Positions 1 to 10,342 of a stretch of DNA of 64,000 nt are shown here, piece by piece (the stretch's first letter is position 1; every line of letters begins with the position of its first letter). Origin of the DNA: Trichosphaerium sp. ATCC 40318 (taxonomy: Eukaryota; Protista; Tubulinea). The stretch spans positions 165,192 to 229,191 of the forward strand of contig JALMLS010000637.1 in assembly GCA_038496445.1 (NCBI GenBank), given 5' to 3'. The translations under genes were made by a program, and so were the position numbers. The notes under the pieces were generated by a model. It was not told the DNA's origin and searched no databases. It saw only the letters and a list, made by a program, of their open reading frames with translations.

Positions 1-372
1 AATCAAACTACAGTTTATCAACACGACTACAAAACAGTAGACGACCTCCCAGACTCTTTTATTGGCAACTGCTCTCTATTTATCAACTGGCCAACGTTTA
101 CGCTGACCTACGACATTGAATCAATTAAAAAACTTAAACCACGCGATATGCTACTCGTAATAGAGCTAAACGGCGCAGCAGGAAGCCCTGCGTTACTTCA
201 ATGGGTAGATTTAACATTAAAACGCCAAACAGAGTACCAAGCGATAGTAGCTAAAGTATACGACATGAACCCAGACCTAGTACGTAAACTAAGTCAAGTT
301 GAGAAGATTCAGACCTGTTTGCTTCACATACAACGAAAGGACGTTGTTGATGCTCCACCAAAGAAATCTTAG
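1..372 (+). CDS. 3' part of a hypothetical protein, possibly SAM-dependent methyltransferase-like fold
   Basis: Frame 1 is open from base 1 to the stop at 372 (..SLFINWPTFTLTYDIESIKKLKPRDMLLVIELNGAAGS..). The LFINWP and LLVIE..GAAGS segments resemble MTase-like hypothetical proteins; from memory, not verified. Confidence 0.4.
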   Translation, partial: NQTTVYQHDYKTVDDLPDSFIGNCSLFINWPTFTLTYDIESIKKLKPRDMLLVIELNGAAGSPALLQWVDLTLKRQTEYQAIVAKVYDMNPDLVRKLSQVEKIQTCLLHIQRKDVVDAPPKKS

Positions 373-1184
373 TATTATCACAATAGACTACTGATCAATT
401 GTAACTTAGTTTTGAAGTAAAATTTTTTTTTTAGCTCAAACACTTGCCGTTACGTTTTTTACGTTTGGTAAAGTTGCTATTCACAGAAATGTTGGAAAAG
501 TTAAAGCCGTTTAAAAAGTGAGAGTATCCAAAGCAAGTATTTCATTGTTAACAACACTGCGACAAACAACATTGTCTTACAACATTATATTTATGAAATT
601 GACATGAGACAAGTTTTGTTATGATCTCGTATGACTTTGAGTGTCCGAGGTGCACCGTGAAGATTCACCATTGCTGGATTCTGTCTAACCTACACAAGAA
701 AGCTTACAACAGCAAAATGGGCCAGCTGGTGTTTCACGGTACGACACGGTGAACTGGTAGTGGTTGTTTTGTCACTTCAGGCGACATTTCAGCAACATTC
801 TGAACCAATTAGGTTCACAACACGTATACCCGAATGGCACGCTTTGCCAATGTGAGCTTGTTCGTAAATAGTAGTTTTTTTAAAGCACGTGATTTTCAAA
901 CGTGATTAGAGATAAAATTGCTCGAGATTGCACGGGATAAGTCTAATTCGGTTATTTTTTCATGCGTTCATAATGTCTTTGTTGGAACTTCCTTACCAAT
1001 AGCCCCATTAGCACCAAAAATGTAGTTGTTTCTAGGCTTATCATTTAACAGTAGTTTTTTCAAAGAGTCTAGGACTTTGTGCAATGTATAGCGCTAGTGA
1101 TTGGCGAGTATGTGTGCACTAAAATTCTTAACACAACCAAGTTTAATCAAATAAAAAATAAAACTAGCAACAACAACAAACAGC

Positions 1185-1609
1185 ATGAGCACGTACAGTA
1201 CTACACAAAACAGACACCCTATCTATCGTAATGGGCTATCGGTATCAGACTTGGTAGCACCATATTTAAAAAGAAACCAAATAAAGCGAAGGCGCTTTCC
1301 TCCAATATACAAGCAAGCAATGCTTAAACTTGGTACAAAAAACAACTTTTACAAAATAACTCAAACTGTAAAAATGCTTTTATTGTTAAATTCTCTCGAT
1401 AAGGAGGTAGATTCCATATACGAGTACCTGTAAAAGGTAAACCAAAGGAAGAAAAAAAGTTGAAGTTGATTAAAACAATGAAAGAGAAAGGACCGTTCCA
1501 GTTTAACAAAGGATTCATTGTGAGAAGTACAACAAAGTTTTATTGGCAATACTATACAGAAGATATAACATTGATTGTGTTTCCACCCAAATCATTTGGA
1601 GCGCTGTAA
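1185..1609 (+). CDS. Small basic hypothetical protein 'gene A', copy 1 (~117 aa, one intron 1333-1403)
   Basis: Splicing GT(1333)..AG(1403) gives MSTYSTTQNRHPIYRNGLSVSDLVAPYLKRNQIKRRRFPPIYKQAMLKLG/GRFHIRVPVKGKPKEEKKLKLIKTMKEKGPFQFNKGFIVRSTTKFYWQYYTEDITLIVFPPKSFGAL*. Frame and intron are conserved in two paralogs. Confidence 0.75.
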
Positions 1610-2949
1610 ATGTCGCGTACTAACCACTACGCTACACAAAACGTATTAACACACTCACTCTGGAGTATGGAGGAACCTTATACGACATAAAACCAATCTC
1701 ACATTGTAATAACATTGTAAATAAAAAATAAATTTATTTAAAGCGAAAAATGTATGAAGAAGTGATATTTGAAAAGCAGCGAAAGGCGTACACGAATATC
1801 ATGAAAATAGCGCGAAAACAATGCATAATAATAAACATTGAGGTTTGTTTACACTATAATTTAAAGCCCGTGAAATAACGTGCTAAGAAGTTCTTAATAT
1901 TTTCACATTTATCGTTCACATTCAGTTGTCCATACATAGGTTAAAAAAAAGATCATCTTTTCATGCATTTGTACACCCTACAAGCACATATTTTCCGTTT
2001 GGTTACTAGCGGCAACGTTCGCATACAAGCGAAAACTGGCATATTTTCAAACAAAACAATACCGGAAAATAAAATACGATCATGTGTATTTATTCAAAAC
2101 AAAGTAATGCCATGGTATTTCGAAACTTTTGAGTTTTTCAAACCGATTTTACATTCTAAAGTATTTTGGGTTGATGTAACAATTCAGTTCGCTCTCTTAC
2201 AACGTCTAATAGTTCCTGTTTAAATAGAAAACGCCAAGTGTAAATTTGAAGAGATGGCGACATGGTACGAATGGTAATCTATGGAAATACGGTCCAGAAA
2301 GACTCGCCTATGCAATACCCCAAGCATGGGCGTTTCTTTTTTACATGTTAGCTCGTCTTCCTTTTTTAAAACACATGCCAAATTGTGTACAGGTAAACCA
2401 GATTTGAAATCTGCTTTATGATTTCACGCTATGGTTGTCATTTTTCTAGATACCTTCAACAAAATCTTTTCTTGCATTGAGGAGAAATACAGCGGTCTAT
2501 TGTAAAATCGCTTGAGTTTTTTGGAGAACTTCGGTGACTAGTATCTCTTAACACCACCAGCAAATAAAATACAGATAAAATAAAATGATCTCCCTTTCAG
2601 ATAGTAGGTTGTTTGTCTAAGACAGACTATTGCGAGTTCTGCATGACAATGAAAAGTTAGACAAGTAGAACTTTTAGTCGTAACATTACATACACTAGTG
2701 GTGTTCTCAACGAAGAGAACACCGAATCTTTCGCCTCAGCGCAAATAGTTGGAAATATTCGAATATTTTTCAATTCGGTATTCAGGACAGTCATAGTGCT
2801 ACACGGTATTTGTGTACACATAAAATATTTGCTTTTTTATATTGAAAAAAATGCACACTGCTAAAGGGTGACTTTAGTTGCTTAACACGTGCTTTTGTTT
2901 CGTTAATTTGATGCTAAGTCTCCTTCAATTTGCAATCTTCATGCCATGC

Positions 2950-3648
2950 TTAACGATTTCTAGCTTGGTCATCAGTATAAAACCTGTACTCGCTTAATTG
3001 ACCGTTATCATACCAACACTTGTAGTCTCCGTCATATCTATTATTCACATAATTGCACTGCTCTTTCAATTGACCATTTTTATACCACCTCTTCAATTCT
3101 TCAAACAAACCATTTACAAAATGACATTCTCTTGCTAATTTACCACTTTCATACCATCTCTTATATACTCCTTCTAGCTTATCATTAACATAGTTTTTTA
3201 CAAAGTTAATTTGTCCATTGTTGTGCCAAGTCTTGCTCTCGCCTTCTTTTTTACCATTGACATAATGATCAAACATCCATAAGTTACTATTGGTGTACCA
3301 ATTTTTGAAATCTCCTTCATGTACACCCTTTTTATAGCTTCCTTGAAAGCGCAACTGACCGTTGGACAACAACAGTTGCCCATTGTCACGCCAATCCTTA
3401 TATTCTCCTTCTCTTCTATCATTGATGTAAAAATATTGTCTATACAGCTGTCCATTATTGTGACACTCCCTGCACTTTCCATCAATCTTATTGTTGGAAT
3501 AATTGTATTGCTTATACAGATGACCGGTGTGCCACCAGTGAGTACAGTCTCCATCACGTTTACCTTGTGTCCAATACTCTCGACACAATAAGTTAAATAT
3601 TTATTTTTCAATCGTTTAGTTACACTGTACTTGGTGCTTCGCTGTCAT
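2950..3648 (-). CDS. MORN-variant (YwqK-like) repeat protein with the F-box segment deleted; possible pseudogene
   Basis: About 8 repeats of type EGxxKxWyxNGQLxxxxxYxNg. First exon MTAKHQ (ATG 3648) and intron donor match the paralogs, but the acceptor and F-box region are deleted up to LCREYW. Confidence 0.75.
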
Positions 3649-3796
3649 TAAGAGGTACTGAGTTGTAAATACGTTAAACCAATTTACTATTCAATAATGA
3701 TCAAAACACATGTTGACGGCAGTAGAAATTTCATCATTAAAGCCTATTTATTATTATTAGATACTTACAGTGCATTTACCACTCAGTACCAACTCA

Positions 3797-4474
3797 ATGA
3801 AAGCGAAACGCCAAGTAAAGTAAACAAAATGGTTACCAAAATAATATTTAATGTAGCAACATCGCAGAGAACAAGAGCCCAACCATCTATTGGACCTTCC
3901 GTTAGAGCTGCATCTTGAAATTATAGATCTAGATTTTGATATTTATCTAAAATGGCCTTTATTATCAAAGTACACAGCAACAACAACGAGATTTGATGCC
4001 GACTTACAAAAAAATGGTAAATGGTTGAAAAAACAAAGGAAAGAAAATGAATCGAAATTATTGTGTCGAGAGTATTGGACACAAGGTAAACGTGATGGAG
4101 ACTGTACTCACTGGTGGCCACACAACAAGCTCTGCTCGCAATCCAATTACGCCAACAATAAGATGGAAGGCGAGAGCAAGACTTGGTATGCTAATGGACA
4201 AATGAACTTTGTAAAAAACTATGTTAATGATAAGCTAGAAGGAGTATATAAGGGTTGGTATGAAAGTGGTGAGTTAGCAAGAGAATGTCATTTTGTAAAT
4301 GGTTTGTTTGAAGGAGAGGACAGACAGTGGTATAAAAATGGCCAATTGAAAGAGCAGTGCAATTATGTGAATAATAGATATGACGGGGAGTACAGGAGTT
4401 GGGACAAAAATGGCAAATTGAAGGAGTATAGGTTGTACAACAATGGCAAGTTGGAGATTGTAATGCCGAGATGA
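3797..4474 (+). CDS. F-box-like + MORN-variant repeat protein (~5 repeats), short first exon + intron
   Basis: MKAKRQ / intron / QHRREQEPNHLLDLPLELHLEIIDLDFDIYLKWPLLSK (F-box-like LP.EL..I), then 24-aa MORN_2-type repeats. Confidence 0.8.
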
Positions 4475-4559
4475 TGGCGAATTGAGCTCTCGATCTCGGA
4501 AAGCATTGAGTTAGGAAATACTTAAACATGTAAATTGTGTTCGCCAGAGGAAAAACGAC

Positions 4560-4930
4560 TCATTTCAAATTGGTTTACATTTAGCTTCGTATTATGTAGT
4601 TTACACTAAAACATACCACAGCATAGCCTTGCCACGGAGTACCTGACGTGCTGTTTTTTGAACTTGTTAACTATGTGCTGAGTAGTTTGCAAAACACTTC
4701 ATACAGCCCCAAAACCCTTACAAATCATCTGCACACACGTCATTGCGTAAGTATAAGCATATTAAAAACACAGAAAGGCTTTTGGAGCCTTGCAAACAAC
4801 GATTCCATTTCGTCACCAACCGTTGTAGAAAACAATTTCTTGAACATGTACTACAAGATTCGTACTAATACGGTTATTTCTACGCGATATATACATACCA
4901 AGACGCACGAAAGTGCTAACGAGGTAATTT
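4560..4930. repeat. Cassette module B, copy 1
   Basis: aaattggtttac..tttacactaaaac.taccacagcatagccttgcc..gagtacctgacgtg.. aligns by eye with 53980-54330 (+) and 40830-41185 (inverted). Confidence 0.8.
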
Positions 4931-5491
4931 AACGCTAATCTGCTGTGGATTTTGATGCCAACGACTAGTACAACGGAAGCACACGTTTATCGAAACGTCA
5001 CCTACCGTTCCAAAATGATACAAGACCATCGTGAAGCGTAGACAGTTTATTTTCATGGGTATTCGACTACGCTTTCGAAGTCTTCATGTGTTAAAATTGA
5101 CTAACACTTATTGCCTTGGTTATAGGACTCCGTTAACAAGGTACCTTGTTTTGGTAGTACAATTTTGGCGCAGATCGGCATAATTGCTTAATTGCAAACA
5201 ACGCAAAAGTGTGACTCAAGAGTACCAGCTGTAACATGTAGCGAAGCGCAAACACCATTGAGACGAGAAGTGCTAGCATCCTTATGGAAACTATTAGAGT
5301 ATAAGCACAAGCTGGAAGGGTTGTAATTTATACCAAAATCACCCTGCTGTTCAACATAACTTTAGTGTTGAAGAAGTATACACCTTGAACAGGTTCAAAT
5401 GGTGTACAATTTTCACTTCTTCATACATTTGGTTCTCGCGTTAAATAGGTGTCTGTTTATTTACAATGTCATTACAGTGCGTGTGATTGGT

Positions 5492-5925
5492 TTACAGTGC
5501 TCCAAATGATTTGGGTGGAAACACAATCAGCGTAATATCTTCCGTGTAGTAATGCCAATAAAACTTTGTTGTGTTTTTAACAATGAACCCTGTGTTACAC
5601 TGGAACGGCCCTTTCTCTTTCATTGTTTTAATCAACTGCAACCTTTTTTCTTCCTTTGGTTTACCTTCTATAGGTTGTCGTATATGGAATCTACCTCCTT
5701 ATCAACAGAAGTTAACAATAAAAGCACATCTAGCTTTGCTCTTTTATAAAAGAAAAACTGCTAGTTTGTACCATGTTTAAGCATTGCTTGCTTGAATGTT
5801 AACGAAAAACCTCTTCGTTTTAATTGGCTTCTTTTTAAATATGGTGCTACCAAGTCTGATATAGATAGCCCATTACGATAGATAGGGTGTCTAGTAATTG
5901 TCGTAGTTCTTGTGTATGTGCTCAT
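5492..5925 (-). CDS. 'Gene A' copy 2 (intact, same intron)
   Basis: MSTYTRTTTITRHPIYRNGLSISDLVAPYLKRSQLKRRGFSLTFKQAMLKHG/GRFHIRQPIEGKPKEEKRLQLIKTMKEKGPFQCNTGFIVKNTTKFYWHYYTEDITLIVFPPKSFGAL*. Confidence 0.75.
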
Positions 5926-7014
5926 GCTGTGTTGTTGTTGCTAGTTTTATTTTTTATTTGATTAAACTGGGTTGTGTTTAGTACACATACCCGAGCACCT
6001 ATCAATGACGCTATATTATACATTTTGCGAGCGTCAAGCATAATATATACGTACATAACGGGTACGAATAGTAAGCCAAAGAAATCTAACCGTTTTTTAG
6101 TCAACGTTAATGAGAAGCCTAGAAACGGCTTTGTTTTTGGTTTTAATGGGCTTGTTGGAGCAAGGAAGTTCCAATAAAGACCGTATGAACAACGCATGAA
6201 AAAATCATAACCTAATTTGACTGTCTCGTGAAATCTCGAGATTTTTATCACGTGACTTGAGAACTACTTACGACCAATCAAAATAGATGAAAGTAAGTTC
6301 GTTATGTAAAATTTTTAAAAGTACATCTAGCACTATATTCAGGTAAACCGTTGTGAACTTATGGGCTAATTGTTACCACAAAGTTGCCGAAAAAGTGTCA
6401 TACAGTGAAACACCAGTTTTGCCCAGTGCTGCAGCAGTTCTGTTCCAAGATACTGCGGTAGACGCCGCTGGTTTTTGTGAACGCGATGAATTTGGGCACT
6501 CGAAGTTACCCGAGATCAAAAATAAAAATTGGCTCATCGTAATAATGTGTAGTCCCGTATTAACTTGTACCGGGCCCATAGTAAAGATTGCAAAGAGCCA
6601 ATGTTTGATACAATAGTAAGACATGCACCAAGAGCAAGTCTAGAGCTTTTGCTAAAGACTTTTGGGATGGCGTTGCAATAGACAAGACTGTACCATTGTA
6701 CAAAATTTTAAAGTTATTGTGGTCACAAAAACAACATACAAGAAGGTGGATGTAGTACAAGGTGTATTACGAGGATATGATTGCGTTATTTTTATAGCTG
6801 CACTTGCACATCAAAGGTTTTGAATCATTCTTATTCATTTTAGTCTGTTATGGTATTTGACAGTGCATCCTTTCTCTTTCAATGCAATAATACCATCAAG
6901 TGTTATTGATTTACAACCAAGCAATATTTTTGGTAAGGTTTCGACACGTGGTTTGGCCATTGTTGAATTATTAACTGTTAGACTTGGAGTGTATTTACCA
7001 CTCAGTACCTCTTA

Positions 7015-7538
7015 ATGACAGCGAAACACCAATTACGGGTAACTAAACGGTTGAAAAACAAATATTTAACTTTAGGTAAATCCCGAAGGGGATATAGTTT
7101 TTTCCGAAAACAAAAATTCGAAAGTGTAGAAAGATGCATAGCTAGGGCAGTCCACTAAACTAGAAAGCGCCTGGTTCACTTACGGTCGGGTCCTCGCTGT
7201 GCTAGGAACTAGAACCCGACCTTCGCTCACATATAGTGATCCATTGGTGGGTATAGGCATTCGGTTTTTGTATCGAATTCTATTTTTTCGAATTTTTTCT
7301 TTCGAAAAATTCGGAAAAAACGTGGGTCCGATCCCGAACAAGAGCGTAACCGTCTATTGAGGCTTCCATTGGAACTTCAACTTGAAATTATAGATCTAGA
7401 TTTTGATATTTATCTAAAATGGCCTTTATTATCAAAATACACAGCAACAACGAGATTTGATGCCGACTTACAAAAAAATGGTAAATGGCTGAAAAAACAA
7501 AAGAAAGAAAATGAACCGAAATTATTGTGTCGAGAGTA
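7015..7538 (+). pseudogene. F-box-MORN family copy disrupted by two insertions
   Basis: Has the family first exon (MTAKHQ..) and F-box region (LPLELQLEIIDLDFDIYLKWPLLSK..LLCREY). Interrupted at 7088-7330 and truncated at 7539. Confidence 0.8.
7088..7330. mobile_element. MITE-like 243-bp insertion with 8-bp target-site duplication
   Basis: ATCCCGAA at 7080-7087 and 7331-7338. Imperfect inverted ends (gttttttccgaa..aaaaattcgaa versus ttcgaattttt..ttcggaaaaaac). Absent from paralogs at the same position. Confidence 0.7.
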
Positions 7539-8404
7539 TTGTCTGTATCATTCAAGTTTGCTAATCTTTGCAACTTTTTGTTGTTTGTGACTTTTGGTTT
7601 TCGTGTTTAGTCAGATCTGACAGATCTTGCAACTTCTGTTAGTTCTTACAAGATCTTGTTAGTTCTTGCAACTTGTGTTAGTTCTTGCAAGATCTGTCAA
7701 AAACTACAAGGATGGATCTTGTCAGTTCTGGAAAAAACTAAATCCATGTCTACAACACACATTATTGCGACGCCACGTGTTTTTATTAATAACCATTATT
7801 TTATTTGGTACATTAATTTAGCAGTTCTGTTGACGTACTCTAAGGTCCAGCAGTTGTCTTCTATACTCTAAAACGGATTATTGCGCTATGTTAATACCGT
7901 ACACTCAGCGCAAGATACTTTGGAAGCGCTTGGAATTTTCTTTGAGGTTTTAACGTTATCTCGCGGTTAACACTCCTCTTACGCCTGAATGTGCCAGCAT
8001 TCGCGTGGTTGTAAGTTAATATGAAATAATTATTAATTCGTACTCGGTTTTATGGCTGCTGGGTGATTAGTAATGAGAGCGCACCCTACGTGAAATACTG
8101 AGCTCGTCTTGTTAGATGATGTGACTTTGACGCAGTGCTTTTTCGTCTTGCCTTAATGTACTATGGACGACAAGGAAGGTACGTTGTCATGAGTTATACA
8201 ATGTGATGCATTCACATTGCACTGGTTCTGCAAGTTTTTCTCAAAGCTGTCAGTTCTTGCAAGAACTATCAAAACTGACAAAATCTGACAGAACTTGCAA
8301 GAACTAGCAGAAGTTACAAGATCTGGCAGTTTTGTTAGTTCTTGCAAGATCTTACACTTTGATACTTCTGCCAAACCTGTCGCAAACTTGAATGATACGG
8401 ACAA
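7539..8404. mobile_element. Non-autonomous TIR DNA transposon (~866 bp) with subterminal repeats
   Basis: TIR ttgtctgtatcattcaagtttgc / gcaaacttgaatgatacggacaa (1 mismatch), TA on both sides. Subterminal gttagttcttgcaagatct-type repeats at 7610-7730 and 8225-8355. No transposase ORF. Confidence 0.75.
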
Positions 8405-9155
8405 TAGTTGCAGTAAACTTGAACCAAAACAGAGCTCAAATCAAGAAGCAAAGCCTTGCTTAAGATTTTGCCTACAATTGAAAACTGGACAGTGACAGAT
8501 TGAACTGGGACGTGATTGGCGATAAAATGCACACGCAATGTCAGCCTCACTAGAGCCGCCAAAAGAAAGAAAAGGCTCAACGAGCTAGAAAAGGTGCTCA
8601 GGCGGAGCGTAGCGGGGGGTGGTAGGCGCTAATAAAACAGTGTATTTTGGTAAACGAAATAGACAGGCAAAGCAGGTGATTTTATTCTTTTTTTCATTGT
8701 CAATCTTAGAATTGCGTTCATTAATCTTTCATCAATCTCAAGTAGGTAGGGGAGATAGAAACTATTTTAAGTAGAGTTTTTGGTTTTTAGTTTGCACCAT
8801 ATTTTTACATTAGTCAGCATTCATTCAGATTGATTAAGGGTGGTGGGTAGAGATCGCGATAGCTTGTTTATTGAAGGACGTTGGAAACGCGACGAGCGAG
8901 AGGTGAGAGAGAAGGGTGAGAAGTCAAGATGCTTCTGTTGGCCTTTCTTTTCACCGCCGCAAAAGCTCCGACTTTGTCTGCCGTCCAAAAACCAAAAAGA
9001 CAACGTATAAAAACCTAAATACAATCTTTGTATGTGCACCACTGTGTAGAGTACAAAAAACGTAGTTAGAGTTAAAAATAATTGGGCGAAGTTTGTGTAG
9101 ACCAAAACAACACCAAAAAATTCTTTTTAATAGTTAATCATATCACCTCTTCACC

Positions 9156-9938
9156 ATGGGCAACTATTTTCACTACATTGGGAACCTTGTCGTCACTCCG
9201 GCAACACACCTGACAAACACACATCCATGGGAACCAAAACAACCTTTTTTCGAAACAACTACAGCGAAAAACCACTCCGAAGCTTCAGACGATGAACTCC
9301 TTGCTATATTTACTCTCCTGGGACCTTTAGACATCTGTCGTGTTTCTATAGTGTGTAAAAGATGGTACAACGTGTGTCAGTACAAGGTGTTATGGAAAAC
9401 CTTTTGTAAACAGTCCAAGTACTACGCGCACTATAAAATATACGACAACGCGGATGGTGATGGTCCAGAAGATGGCGTGTACAGTTGGAAACTTGAGTAC
9501 GCTGCACGTGCTAGAAATCCAATAAAACTGGCCTCAACAGTGGAGTTTCAAAGAAGTGGGAAGCTTCAAACTCCTGTTGATCCTGAAGAACTTTGTTTTT
9601 GGACTTTCGAAGACGGTTGCATTTTTCAATCTGGACATCAAGATTTACCACATGTGGTGATTGAACAGCTCAAGAAGTGTATCTCAGAGCTTGAGATACA
9701 GGGATTGAAAGTAAATGGAGCTATTTTCATTACGAATGGTAGTGGTAGTTGCAGTATCAGAAAAGTGGCAAATGGTAAAGTGTATTTTGTGACTACGAGC
9801 GAACTCTGGCCTAAAGGCTATGAGGCTCCTTCTTTTGCTACTTTTGATTCCAGCAGGAAATTCCAACAAGCATTTTTAACTAAGGGTGGAACTTGTTTAC
9901 TGTGTATGAAAGACAACATCATGGACATGTTAATATAA
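9156..9938 (+). CDS. F-box-domain protein (single exon)
   Basis: SDDELLAIFTLLGPLDICRVSIVCKRWYNVCQYKVLWKTFC fits the F-box-like consensus; C-terminus unrecognised. Confidence 0.75.
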   Translation: MGNYFHYIGNLVVTPATHLTNTHPWEPKQPFFETTTAKNHSEASDDELLAIFTLLGPLDICRVSIVCKRWYNVCQYKVLWKTFCKQSKYYAHYKIYDNADGDGPEDGVYSWKLEYAARARNPIKLASTVEFQRSGKLQTPVDPEELCFWTFEDGCIFQSGHQDLPHVVIEQLKKCISELEIQGLKVNGAIFITNGSGSCSIRKVANGKVYFVTTSELWPKGYEAPSFATFDSSRKFQQAFLTKGGTCLLCMKDNIMDMLI

Positions 9939-10342
9939 TGTCTAGCACAAAGATTCACTAATTCTCAAAATAAATGTCAAAAGTTCCTTAAGCAAGCTGT
10001 TTCCCACAAGTGCAAATATCACATGCCCTGCTAACATCTTTGTTCGTCAGCTTCATATAGCAATCTTTGTGGCTGTTCGGTACTTACGCTGATGCCCCAA
10101 CTGAGGATAACTTGTGAATTCTAAAATAATCATAGCTAAAAAAAAAACCGGTTTACTTTTAAATAATCCTATCGAAAACACATAGCAAGTAAGCAGGAAA
10201 CACGTTTGAGCTACTTGTAAGAACAAGACAATGCTATTTAACCACGAACTTATTGTACAAATAATGAAATTGATCGCACATAAAGATTGACGCATTCTTA
10301 CGCAATAGACTGTAAGGAGTACACTTCATAATCATCACGATT

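Noticed and set aside
3198-3611. Alternative-frame and antisense ORFs over MORN genes (also near 10.7, 35 and 41.5 kb)
   Set aside because: By-products of repetitive coding sequence; no independent evidence.
2950-4474. Diversity-generating retroelement (TR/VR pair) between the two adjacent MORN genes
   Set aside because: Mismatches are not adenine-specific, both copies are coding, and the only RT in the window is a standard Gypsy RT.
3797-4474. Bacterial YwqK antitoxin operon or contamination
   Set aside because: Introns, an F-box-like N-terminus and continuity with eukaryotic genes argue against it.
7140-7260. tRNA, SINE or hammerhead ribozyme inside the MITE
   Set aside because: No cloverleaf, no convincing A/B boxes and no CUGANGA core on either strand; only a simple hairpin.
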